From NCBI GenBank assembly GCA_001784115.1, contig MFPD01000005.1, forward strand, positions 7,074-71,073: DNA of 64,000 nucleotides, read 5' to 3'. Below the pieces are notes generated by a model. It saw only the letters and a program-made list of their open reading frames with translations, did not search any database and was not told the origin of the DNA. The stretch comes from Candidatus Levybacteria bacterium RIFCSPLOWO2_02_FULL_37_18 (GTDB lineage: Bacteria > Patescibacteriota > Microgenomatia > Levybacterales > UBA12049). Numbering within the stretch: position 1 is the stretch's first letter; each line of letters begins with the position of its first letter. Shown here piece after piece: positions 36,072 to 44,599 of this stretch. The translations under genes and the position numbers were made by a program.

Positions 36072-36918
36072 TATTCTCAGATTCGTCTTCTAAGATAACA
36101 TCTTGAATTTGGTCAAAATCGTCGTTTTCGTTTACAAAAGACTCGTAAGAAAGTTGGGGATTGGTTTTAGAAAAATAACTTAATACTTCATCCGGTTGCG
36201 TCCATTCCGTTGTTCTCTGCCCAATATATTCAGGATACGAAGATGGTTGTCCCCAGCTTCGCAAGGCGTGGCCTTGCGAAGCTAAAGCTTGTTTATGAAT
36301 ATAGCGTGATAAATGAAGAAATTGTTCTTCCGTTAGAACAGAAACCCCTTTATACGTATCTTGATATAATGATCCCGTTCTCTTGTATTTCTTATTAAAG
36401 TACATAGTATATCGTGTGCATAATGAATTCATAAATTTATCTATCGAAAGTGCATTTTTTTGCTTGACAAAAAAATGAAAATGATTTGGCATTAAGCAAT
36501 AGGCAAGTAAGGTAATTTCGTCCGCAAAATTATTAAGTCGCAACGCTTTTAGAATTTTATATTTTTCTCTAGAAGATATGTTGGGATCAGCAAGTTGTGT
36601 CCTAAGACCTATTTCGTCTTTCGGAAGTAAATATTCCTCAAGATAACTTAAAAACACAGCATAATCTTGCATGTCTAAAAATATTAATCTTTTTTCAACC
36701 CCTCGATTATAAAGATGATAGTAGCCATTTTCTAAATATTGTTTGACTCTGTTTTTAGCAGGCATATAAAAAGTGTAAAGTTTGCAAAGTTTTTTGTCAA
36801 GAGGTAATTGAGTTCCAAGGCGTGGCCTTGCGAAGCTAGCACTTGCGAAGCTAGCACTTGCGAAGCTAGCAAAACGGGTACCAAGGGTACCAATACGGTA
36901 AAAACCCGTCAAGGTCAA
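36061..36918 (-). CDS. REP-associated tyrosine transposase (RAYT) / IS200-IS605-like HuH Y1 transposase; likely true start near 36765 (MPAKNRVKQY); upstream in-frame part is 15-bp tandem repeats
   Basis: YHLYNRG...NHFHFFV (HuH) ...SRYIHKQALA (catalytic Tyr region), the Y1_Tnp pattern of RayT-like proteins. Confidence 0.65.
   Translation of the reverse strand: MTLTGFYRIGTLGTRFASFASASFASASFARPRLGTQLPLDKKLCKLYTFYMPAKNRVKQYLENGYYHLYNRGVEKRLIFLDMQDYAVFLSYLEEYLLPKDEIGLRTQLADPNISSREKYKILKALRLNNFADEITLLAYCLMPNHFHFFVKQKNALSIDKFMNSLCTRYTMYFNKKYKRTGSLYQDTYKGVSVLTEEQFLHLSRYIHKQALASQGHALRSWGQPSSYPEYIGQRTTEWTQPDEVLSYFSKTNPQLSYESFVNENDDFDQIQDVILEDESENIIF
36826..36870. repeat. 15-bp tandem repeat x3 (cttgcgaagctagca) at the 5' end of the RAYT ORF, plus the palindrome aaggcgtggccttgcgaag also present at 36262-36284
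   Basis: direct repeats; encoded peptide ASFASASFASASFA. Confidence 0.8.
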
Positions 36919-36927
36919 GCTCGAAGA

Positions 36928-38151
36928 CTAAATCGGGATGGAGAAGGTGATGGTGGTGCCCTTGCCAGGCTCGGAATCTAATGTAATAATTCCGCCGTGG
37001 GCATCTATAATTTGTTTGGAAATAAACAACCCAAGTCCGGTGCCTGCAACGTGATTTTTTATTTCGCCTGCGTTTTTGCCGCTATCAATTTGATAAAACT
37101 TGGAAAACAATTCTCCTTGTTGTTCTTTAGGAATGCCAATTCCCGTGTCAGCCACAGAAACAGTAAGCTTTTTTGTTCCGCTTTGTATTAGCTGCGCGCT
37201 AACAGTTATCTTGCCTTTTTCTTGAGTAAATTTAACGCTGTTTGAAATTAAGTTGTTTAACACTTGTCCAATGCGGATTGGGTCAAGCATGACTTCTTTT
37301 GGCACGCTTTTGTCAATTTTAGCCAAAAGTTCAATCTTTTTATTCTTAGCTTGCACAGAAAATACCTCAACAACTTGCTCGATTAATTTTTTTATATCAC
37401 TAGGAGTTTTTTGGATGGTAAACTTGGAAGCTTGGATTTTTGCCAGGTCTAAAAGCGATGATATTTGATCCAAGATTCGTTTGGATTGATCATGTATTAA
37501 CGTAAGCATTTTTTCTCGTTCTTCTCTGCTCAATTTTTTGTTGGTAACCAGTATTTTGGACGCGCCTTTGACAGCGGTAATGGGAGCTCTGAGTTCGTGA
37601 ATCATCATGTTGACAAAATCATCTTTGACAATTGACAAAGAATTGTCAAATGTAACGTCTTTGATGACAAGACAGACAAGGGAGATTCTGGACTCCTCAC
37701 TTCGTTCGTCTCCAGAATGACGAAGAATGATCGGAGCAAGGTTCACTTTGAGAGTTTTTTCTTCTAATTTAATTTCCTGTTCTTCCAGAGCTTTGTTTTC
37801 CGTCAAAGTTTGTTCAACCATTTTCTTTAAATCAAATGTAGGAGGCAGGCTATTGACAATATCAGCCAGTTTTGGCTTGTTTGCCTTTATGCGTAGAATC
37901 TTTTTCGCGGAGGCATTGACAAACGGCAGTTCGTTAACACCGTCAATCATAATGATGCCGTCGGCTAAGTTTTCTAATACATTTTGAGCTATTTGTTCAT
38001 GTATTGATATGGTTTCGAAATCTTTTTTTGACACTCTTTCTTTTTTTAGTTTTTGTTCTTCAATAAATAATCCTAAGGCAGCAACTCCAAGGCAAATGGC
38101 GGCAAGACTCGGAAGAATAACAGGTAAATTAAGCAGGATTTGTAGATTCAC
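36928..38151 (-). CDS. sensor histidine kinase (N-terminal TM, HisKA plus HATPase_c), carrying an in-frame palindromic element (37683-37730)
   Basis: H-box MIHELRAPITAV; G-boxes GTGLGLFISKQIIDAHGG. Confidence 0.85.
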   Translation of the reverse strand: MNLQILLNLPVILPSLAAICLGVAALGLFIEEQKLKKERVSKKDFETISIHEQIAQNVLENLADGIIMIDGVNELPFVNASAKKILRIKANKPKLADIVNSLPPTFDLKKMVEQTLTENKALEEQEIKLEEKTLKVNLAPIILRHSGDERSEESRISLVCLVIKDVTFDNSLSIVKDDFVNMMIHELRAPITAVKGASKILVTNKKLSREEREKMLTLIHDQSKRILDQISSLLDLAKIQASKFTIQKTPSDIKKLIEQVVEVFSVQAKNKKIELLAKIDKSVPKEVMLDPIRIGQVLNNLISNSVKFTQEKGKITVSAQLIQSGTKKLTVSVADTGIGIPKEQQGELFSKFYQIDSGKNAGEIKNHVAGTGLGLFISKQIIDAHGGIITLDSEPGKGTTITFSIPI

Positions 38152-38157
38152 AGGTCA

Positions 38158-38529
38158 TTATTTTTCTTTGAGCAAACTTTTGGCTTTACTCACAACGTCT
38201 TGGGGCTCGACCTGGTATTTTAAAATGTAATCGGCAGCGCCTGCGTTAATCGCGCCTTTAATCAACTGGTCCTGGCCAAAATTGGAAAGCATGGAGACGA
38301 CAATTTTTTTGGTATCCGGATCACTTTTTAAGGTTTTTAGCACTTCCGATCCTTCGATGTCAGGCAAAACTTGGTCAAGGAGAATGATGTCCGGTTTTTC
38401 TGATTTGGCTTTGGCCAGGCCTGATTTTCCGTCGTAAGCAACTACTGTCTGAAAGCCGGCGTTTTTTAACGCGGTTTGGAAAACCGTTGCCAGTGCCTGG
38501 TCATCATCGACTAAAAGGATTTTCGCCAT
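38158..38529 (-). CDS. single-domain response regulator (CheY-like receiver)
   Basis: MAKILLVDDDQALATVF...DIILLDQVLPDIEGSEVLKTLK. Confidence 0.85.
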   Translation of the reverse strand: MAKILLVDDDQALATVFQTALKNAGFQTVVAYDGKSGLAKAKSEKPDIILLDQVLPDIEGSEVLKTLKSDPDTKKIVVSMLSNFGQDQLIKGAINAGAADYILKYQVEPQDVVSKAKSLLKEK

Positions 38530-38598
38530 AAACTTAAAGTATCAGGTAGAAGCAGCATTGTCAATAGGCTGAAAATTGGATTTTAGGCAGTTTATCAG

Positions 38599-39431
38599 TT
38601 ATCTCGTAAAGACTACTGTTTCTTGGGTCTTTTGGGTGGGTATAACGTGTTGTCTTAATTTGGTAATTGCATGTGTATGAATTTGACAAACGCGACTCTC
38701 AGAGACTTCAAATATTCGAGCAATTTCGGCAAATGTAAGACCTAATGTATAATAAAGGGAAAGTGTTAGTTTTTCCCTATGGTTAAAACTTTCCATAGCT
38801 CCTTGCTATAGTTGTTATAACTTCCTGTTTTAAAACATGCTCTTTAGGGCTTATTTCACTGCTTGGCAAGGTATCCTTTAAAGTTTGCTTGTTGTCTCTG
38901 TCATCTTCAAGATGCAGCTGCTTTTCCTAGAGAAATAAAAGAAATGCGGCCATTATTTTCTACAATTTTTAATTGCTCTTGTGATAAGCCGGTTATAGTT
39001 ATACAAGAGAGTTCTTCCATAGTAGGCTGCCTTTCGTTTGCATTCATAAAAAGCGCAACGGCATCTTTTACACTATTAAGTCTTTTTCTGGCATTGCGTG
39101 GAAGATCGTCAAATGCTCTTAGCTGGTCAGCAACAGCTCCACTAATTCTTTTCTGAGCATACGACCCAAATGGAATATCATAACTTCCATCAAAAGAAAT
39201 AGCTGTTTGGACAAGTCCTTCAAAAGCAGCAGCAATAAAATCATCCTGTTCCAATACCCGGTCATCAGGAGACAGACTTTTATGTTTTTGATATGCTTTT
39301 AATCCTAAAAATGCAGCTAAGCGGGTATTTCCGACAATTCGTTGTTCTATTTCCTGGGATAATGTGGCAGGAGAAGGTTCTGGTGATACTTCTGCTCCTT
39401 TTACTGGAATTGCCAATTCCGCTATTGCCAT
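38599..39431 (-). pseudogene. FliA/sigma-28-like sigma factor split into two ORFs in different frames (regions 2-3: 38907..39431; region 4: 38599..38796)
   Basis: region 2/3 IPFGSYAQKRISGAV...DLPRNARKR; region 4 LSLYYTLGLTFAEIARIFEVSESRVCQIHTHAITKLR; 110-nt gap and a frame change between them. Confidence 0.6.
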
Positions 39432-39450
39432 ACAGGGGGAGTATACATTA

Positions 39451-39483
39451 CCAATTTACAATTTACAATTTACAATTTACAAT
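39451..39483. repeat. heptamer tandem repeat (caattta x4.5) immediately upstream of the argS start
   Basis: ccaatttacaatttacaatttacaatttacaatg. Confidence 0.85.
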
Positions 39484-39489
39484 GAAAGA

Positions 39490-41385
39490 ATGAAACATGT
39501 TATTCGCAAAGAGATCGAAAGAGTTCTTAAGGACATGGGACTGGTTCGTGTCGAGTTTACGATAGAGCATCCGGGGGAAAGTTCGCATGGAGACTACTCG
39601 TCAAATATAGCGTTGGTTGTGTTTGGTGAATTCGAAGCACGAAACTCGAAAATCGAAACAAATTCAAAAAATATAAAACTCAAAACACCCTTGGAATTAG
39701 CACAGGAAATAGTAAAAAATTTCAAATTTCGGATTTCATCCATTCAACAAGTTCAGGACAAGAATTTCAAATTTATTGACCGGGTGGAAGTGGCGGGGCC
39801 TGGGTTTATAAATTTCTGGTTGACAAAGGAGTATTTGTTTGATTCGATGATTCGAATCATTAAAGCAAAAGAAGAGTTTGGGAAAGGAGGTGGTTTAAAA
39901 AATAAAAAAGTTATGGTTGAATACACAGATCCCAATCCGTTTAAAGAGTTTCATATAGGACACTTATATAGCAACGCGGTTGGAGAGTCATTAAGCAGGC
40001 TTTTTGAAGCACAAGGGGCAGAAGTCAGAAGGGCCAATTATCAAGGAGATGTGGGAATGCACGTTGCAAAATCCCTGTACGGGATTTTGCAACAATTCAG
40101 AATTCACAATTCACAATTCAGAATTGGCGAAGAATTACAGAAACTCGAGAAAGAATCACTCAATGAACGGATTGAGTTTTTGGGGCAGGCGTATGTATTG
40201 GGAGCAAAAGCTTATGAAGAAGACGAAAAGGTCAAGCAAGAGATACATGTCTTAAATAAGCAAATTTACGAACTTGATCCAAAAATTAAAGACATCTATT
40301 TACAAGGAAGACAATGGAGTCTGGATTATTTTGAGACAATTTACAAGCGCTTGGGTACAAAATTTGATGGTTATTATTTTGAAAGTGAAGCAGGAGAAAT
40401 TGGTTTACAACTTGTTTATGAATATCAAAAAAAGGGAGTTTTTGCAGAAAGCGAAGGTGCTGTAATTTTTCCCGGAGAAAAATATAATCTCCATAACAGG
40501 GTGTTTGTAAATTCCTTGGGATTGCCAACGTACGAAGCCAAAGAACTAGGGCTGAATAAAAAAAAGTATGAAGATTATCCTTTTGATGCGTCTGTTATCG
40601 TAACAGGAAATGAAATCAACGAGTATTTTAAAGTGCTTCTTTGCGCGATGGAACAAGTAATCCCCGAAGTTGCCCAAAAAACCAAACATATTGGTCATGG
40701 CATGGTACGTCTTCCACAGGGAAAAATGTCGTCAAGGACTGGCAATGTAATAACAGGCGAGTGGCTTTTGGATGAAGCAAAGCGGAGAATTAGTTCAAAA
40801 TTTTCGGAAATGGCGGACAAGACAGCAGAAATGGTAGCGGTAGGAGCGGTAAAGTATGCGCTTTTAAAATCCGGAATAGGGAGGGATATTGAATTTAGTT
40901 TTGACGAGTCGATAAGTTTGGAAGGAAACTCAGGGTCGTACCTCCAATACACGTACGTGAGGACGCAGAGTGTACTCTCTAAATTTCAAATAAATACCAA
41001 TAACCAAAAAGATTTAAAATTGGAAATTGGAAATTGGAAATTGGAAATTGAAGAAGAAAATATTCTTCGACTATTGTATCGGTTTCCGGAAGTGGTGGAA
41101 GAAGCAAGCGGGCACTTGGCGCCGAATTATATTTGCAGTTACTTGTTTGAGCTGGCTCAGGCCTTTAATCTGTTTTACCAAAAACACAAGATCCTAGATC
41201 AAAACGTCATCCCGAACTTGTTTCGGGATCCCCAACATTCTGATAATGAGATGCTGAATCGAGTTCAGCATGACAAGAATAAGGATGATACAAAAAGGTT
41301 CAGAATACTGCTTACTGCATCAGTGGGGCAGGTATTATACAATGGATTATACATGCTGGGTATTGCGGTTCCGGAGAGAATGTGA
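39490..41385 (+). CDS. argS: arginyl-tRNA synthetase (start MKHVIRKE at 39490), with two in-frame heptamer-repeat inserts and one in-frame palindromic element
   Basis: HPGESSHGDYSSNIAL, FHIGHLYSNAVGESL (HIGH-like), C-terminal DALR anticodon-binding region ending PERM. Confidence 0.9.
   Translation: MKHVIRKEIERVLKDMGLVRVEFTIEHPGESSHGDYSSNIALVVFGEFEARNSKIETNSKNIKLKTPLELAQEIVKNFKFRISSIQQVQDKNFKFIDRVEVAGPGFINFWLTKEYLFDSMIRIIKAKEEFGKGGGLKNKKVMVEYTDPNPFKEFHIGHLYSNAVGESLSRLFEAQGAEVRRANYQGDVGMHVAKSLYGILQQFRIHNSQFRIGEELQKLEKESLNERIEFLGQAYVLGAKAYEEDEKVKQEIHVLNKQIYELDPKIKDIYLQGRQWSLDYFETIYKRLGTKFDGYYFESEAGEIGLQLVYEYQKKGVFAESEGAVIFPGEKYNLHNRVFVNSLGLPTYEAKELGLNKKKYEDYPFDASVIVTGNEINEYFKVLLCAMEQVIPEVAQKTKHIGHGMVRLPQGKMSSRTGNVITGEWLLDEAKRRISSKFSEMADKTAEMVAVGAVKYALLKSGIGRDIEFSFDESISLEGNSGSYLQYTYVRTQSVLSKFQINTNNQKDLKLEIGNWKLEIEEENILRLLYRFPEVVEEASGHLAPNYICSYLFELAQAFNLFYQKHKILDQNVIPNLFRDPQHSDNEMLNRVQHDKNKDDTKRFRILLTASVGQVLYNGLYMLGIAVPERM
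41015..41050. repeat. heptamer tandem repeat (ggaaatt x4) in frame in argS (LKLEIGNWKLEIEEE); a second tract (ttcacaa / ttcagaa) lies at 40093-40126
   Basis: direct 7-bp repeats. Confidence 0.85.
41206..41274. repeat. palindromic element (gtcatcccgaacttgtttcgggatcc...gctgaatcgagttcagcatgac) in frame near the argS C-terminus
   Basis: TGTCAT-type termini with two internal hairpins; encodes VIPNLFRDPQHSDNEMLNRVQHDK. Confidence 0.75.
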
Positions 41386-41444
41386 GATAATAACCAAACT
41401 CAAAAGTCAAAGGTCAAAAGTTCAGGTCAAAAGTAAAAAGTATT

Positions 41445-41490
41445 GTCATGCCGAACTTGTTTCGGGATCCTGAAATAAATTCAGGATGAC
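41445..41490. repeat. palindromic element (gtcatgccgaacttgtttcgggatcctgaaataaattcaggatgac), intergenic
   Basis: inverted termini GTCATGCCGAAC / TTCAGGATGAC. Confidence 0.7.
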
Positions 41491-41523
41491 TTTTCGTCAA
41501 TTTTGCCTTTTGCATTTTGATTT

Positions 41524-42834
41524 TTGAATTTTATTACCATGCAATACCAGCGGAGTGTTTTTCCCAATGGTCTTCGCGTACTCACCATCCCCATGCCTTC
41601 GTTTGAGAGCGCTACGGTTTTGGTAATGGTGAGAGCTGGCTCTCGGTACGAAACAAGAAGAAATAACGGCATTTCCCATTTTTTAGAGCACATGGCGTTT
41701 AAAGGGACCTCAAGGCGGCCTTCTGCTTTGGAAATTTCTTCTTTAGTCGACGGAATCGGCGGAGAAGTAAATGCATTCACCGGCAAAGAAACCACGGGCT
41801 ATTACATAAAATCCCAGGCAACACATATTGATTTGTCTTTGGATATTTTGTCAGACATGCTGCAGAATTCCTTGTTTAAGACCGAAGAAATTGACAAAGA
41901 GCGGGGAGTAATTTTGGAAGAAATAAATTTATACGAAGATACGCCGGCTCGAAAAATCGGCGACGTGTATGAAAAACTTTTGTACCAAGATACGCCAATG
42001 GGTTGGGATATTGCCGGAGAAAAAGACGTGATTAAAAGCATTACCCGGGAAGATTTTGTACAGTACATGGAGAGTTTGTACAGCGCGGATAACATTACTG
42101 TTGTTGTTGCGGGCGGAGTTGACAGCAAAAAAGCAGAAGAGTTAGTGGAAAAATACTTCGGGAAAATGCATGCTTTTGACATACAAAGTTATATAAAAGT
42201 ACTAGAAAAACAAGACAAGCCCGAGGTTTTGATTAAGCATAAAAAAACAGAGCAGGTACACATTGCTTTGGGTGTGAGGACTGTTTCGATAAATCATCAT
42301 CACAAGTATCCGCTCTTAGTTCTTTCAGCTATTTTAGGTGGGGGAATGAGCAGCAGGTTGTTTTGTGAAGTCAGGGAAAAAAGAGGACTGGCCTATTATG
42401 TTCGTTCGAGTTCGGATCATTATCAAGACTGCGGAAGCTTAGTAACGACAGCAGGAGTTGATGCCAAACGGGTCGAGCAGGCGATAGAAGTAGTCGTTCA
42501 AGAGTACAATAAAATCTCAAATCAACAAATCAACAAATCAACAAATCAACAAATTTCAAAGGAAGAATTGAAGAAAGCCAAGGAGTATTTGAAGGGGCAT
42601 ATGGTGTTAGAGCTCGAAGACAGCAGGTCGGTGGCTGGATTTTTTGCTTCGCAGGAGTTACTCGAAGAAGGAATTAAAGCACCGGAGGATATATTGCACG
42701 CCATAGACAGAATTACCTTAGAAGACATAAAGCTGGTAGCAAAGACGTATCTTGTTGCGGAAAAACTGAATCTGGCGGTGATTGGTGATTTTGAGGACAA
42801 GGATCGGTTCGAATCCCTCTTGCAATTACAATGA
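41524..42834 (+). CDS. M16 family (insulinase-like) zinc peptidase, with an in-frame heptamer repeat insertion (42519-42555)
   Basis: HFLEHMAFKGT inverted zincin motif (HxxEH); 436 aa. Confidence 0.85.
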   Translation: MNFITMQYQRSVFPNGLRVLTIPMPSFESATVLVMVRAGSRYETRRNNGISHFLEHMAFKGTSRRPSALEISSLVDGIGGEVNAFTGKETTGYYIKSQATHIDLSLDILSDMLQNSLFKTEEIDKERGVILEEINLYEDTPARKIGDVYEKLLYQDTPMGWDIAGEKDVIKSITREDFVQYMESLYSADNITVVVAGGVDSKKAEELVEKYFGKMHAFDIQSYIKVLEKQDKPEVLIKHKKTEQVHIALGVRTVSINHHHKYPLLVLSAILGGGMSSRLFCEVREKRGLAYYVRSSSDHYQDCGSLVTTAGVDAKRVEQAIEVVVQEYNKISNQQINKSTNQQISKEELKKAKEYLKGHMVLELEDSRSVAGFFASQELLEEGIKAPEDILHAIDRITLEDIKLVAKTYLVAEKLNLAVIGDFEDKDRFESLLQLQ

Positions 42835-42856
42835 TTATAAATGTTATAATATCAAT

Positions 42857-42902
42857 GTCATCCTGAATTTATTTCTGGATGCCGAAACAAGTTCGGCATG
42901 AC
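42857..42902. repeat. palindromic element (gtcatcctgaatttatttctggatgccgaaacaagttcggcatgac), intergenic before ndk
   Basis: same family as 41445..41490 (shared arms in a different order). Confidence 0.7.
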
Positions 42903-42913
42903 AAGGAGAACAT

Positions 42914-43378
42914 ATGGAAAGAAGCGTAATACTAGTCAAGCCGGACGGAGTGCAAAGGGGATTGATTGGCGAGATTATTCGTCGATTCGAAAGAAAAGGT
43001 CTCCGACTGGCCGGCTTAAAAATGATTAGTCTTGATGATGCGCTTTTGGATGAATGGTACGCGCATCACAAAGATAAGCCATTTTTTGGGAAGTTAAAGG
43101 CGTACATGAAATCATATCCGGTTGTGGCAATGCTTTTAGAAGGGTTGGATGTTGTTGTAACGATTCGAAAAATGATTGGAATTACAAAAGCCAGAGAAGC
43201 AGAACCGGGGACAATACGAGGTGATTTTGCCATGAGCCAGCAATACAATTTAATTCACGCCTCGGAAAATGCTGAAATTGCCAAACGGGAAGAGGAATTA
43301 CTGTTTGACAAACGTGAAATTTTTGAATGGAAAAAGCTTGATTACGATCACATTTACCTCGAAGACGAGCGATTATAG
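42914..43378 (+). CDS. ndk: nucleoside diphosphate kinase
   Basis: ERSVILVKPDGVQRGLIGEIIRRFE, GTIRGDFA, NLIHASEN. Confidence 0.85.
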   Translation: MERSVILVKPDGVQRGLIGEIIRRFERKGLRLAGLKMISLDDALLDEWYAHHKDKPFFGKLKAYMKSYPVVAMLLEGLDVVVTIRKMIGITKAREAEPGTIRGDFAMSQQYNLIHASENAEIAKREEELLFDKREIFEWKKLDYDHIYLEDERL

Positions 43379-43393
43379 AAAGTAGTTTACCTC

Positions 43394-44593
43394 TTGACAA
43401 ATCCCATACTTAATATTAATATTAGGAATATGATCCCAAGATTAATTGAAGATTTAGTATTATCAAGCTTAAAATCATCCGGGAAAGTGATTCTCGTGCT
43501 TGGGGCAAGACAGGTAGGAAAAACCACTTTAGTCAAAGACATTGGCAAAAAATTAGAAGAAGAGGGAAGCAGGGTAGTATATCTTAATTGTGACTTATCT
43601 GAGGATATATCAGCCATTAATACCATCTCAAAGACTATTTTAGAAAGGTTATTGGCACATACAGATATTATTCTTATTGATGAGGCACAAAGGTTAGATA
43701 ATCCTGGACTTACATTAAAAATTATTTACGATAACTTCAAACAGGTTAAGGTTCTGGCTACAGGTTCGTCTAGTTTTGACCTGAAAAACAAACTTAGTGA
43801 TCCTTTGACCGGACGTTACCTTGATTTTACACTTCATCCTTTGTCGTTTACTGAGATTTTAGGTGAGCAGGCCCAGACAAACGAAGCAATCTTAAAGGGT
43901 AAAGCAGATGCACTTTTGTCTCAAGCCATGCTTTATGGGCTATACCCGGAAGTTTATTTAGAAAACAGACCGGAGCAGAAACAGGTCTTACTTGAGCGAA
44001 TAGTAGAAAGCTATCTATATAGAGATATTTTAACTTTTGGGCGGATTAAAAATTCCCAGGCAATAAAAGACTTAGCTAAGGCGCTGGCTTATCAAATTGG
44101 CTCAGAAGTTAACGAAAATGAGCTTTCCAACAGGCTAAAAATTGACAGGAAAACAGTTGTTTCATATCTTGATATTTTGGAAAAATCTTATGTAATAGTT
44201 GGTGTTCACCCTTATTCGAAAAACCCCAGAAGGGAGATTGGCAGCCAGTATAAAGTATACTTTGTTGATTTGGGAATTAGAAATGCTTTAATTGGCGACT
44301 TTAATCCAATTAATCTAAGAGCTGATGCCGGATTTTTATGGGAGAATTTTCTTTTTATTGAGAGACGGAAAAAGTTTGCCAATGCCTCAAAAAGTATTAC
44401 TTCTAACTTTTGGAGAAGCTATTCAGGTGCTGAGGTGGATTATATAGAGAAAACTACTAATGAGAAACTTAGGGCGTTTGAATTTAAATACGGTAGAACC
44501 TCTTTAAGCAGAGGTGCACACTCTTTTACGAACGATTATGGAATAACAGTAGAGCTGATTAACCACGGAAACTATGTGGGATTTATCTGTTGA
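43394..44593 (+). CDS. AAA-family ATPase with DUF4143 C-terminal domain (COG1373-like)
   Basis: Walker A GARQVGKTTLVKDI; DEAQR Walker B-like. Confidence 0.7.
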   Translation: MTNPILNINIRNMIPRLIEDLVLSSLKSSGKVILVLGARQVGKTTLVKDIGKKLEEEGSRVVYLNCDLSEDISAINTISKTILERLLAHTDIILIDEAQRLDNPGLTLKIIYDNFKQVKVLATGSSSFDLKNKLSDPLTGRYLDFTLHPLSFTEILGEQAQTNEAILKGKADALLSQAMLYGLYPEVYLENRPEQKQVLLERIVESYLYRDILTFGRIKNSQAIKDLAKALAYQIGSEVNENELSNRLKIDRKTVVSYLDILEKSYVIVGVHPYSKNPRREIGSQYKVYFVDLGIRNALIGDFNPINLRADAGFLWENFLFIERRKKFANASKSITSNFWRSYSGAEVDYIEKTTNEKLRAFEFKYGRTSLSRGAHSFTNDYGITVELINHGNYVGFIC

Positions 44594-44599
44594 TGTTAT

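Noticed and set aside
36763-36765. Exact internal start codon for the RAYT gene
   Set aside because: My manual codon count around 36760-36780 was inconsistent by one base with the supplied ORF translation. I therefore report the track ORF boundaries and only state the approximate position of MPAKNRV.
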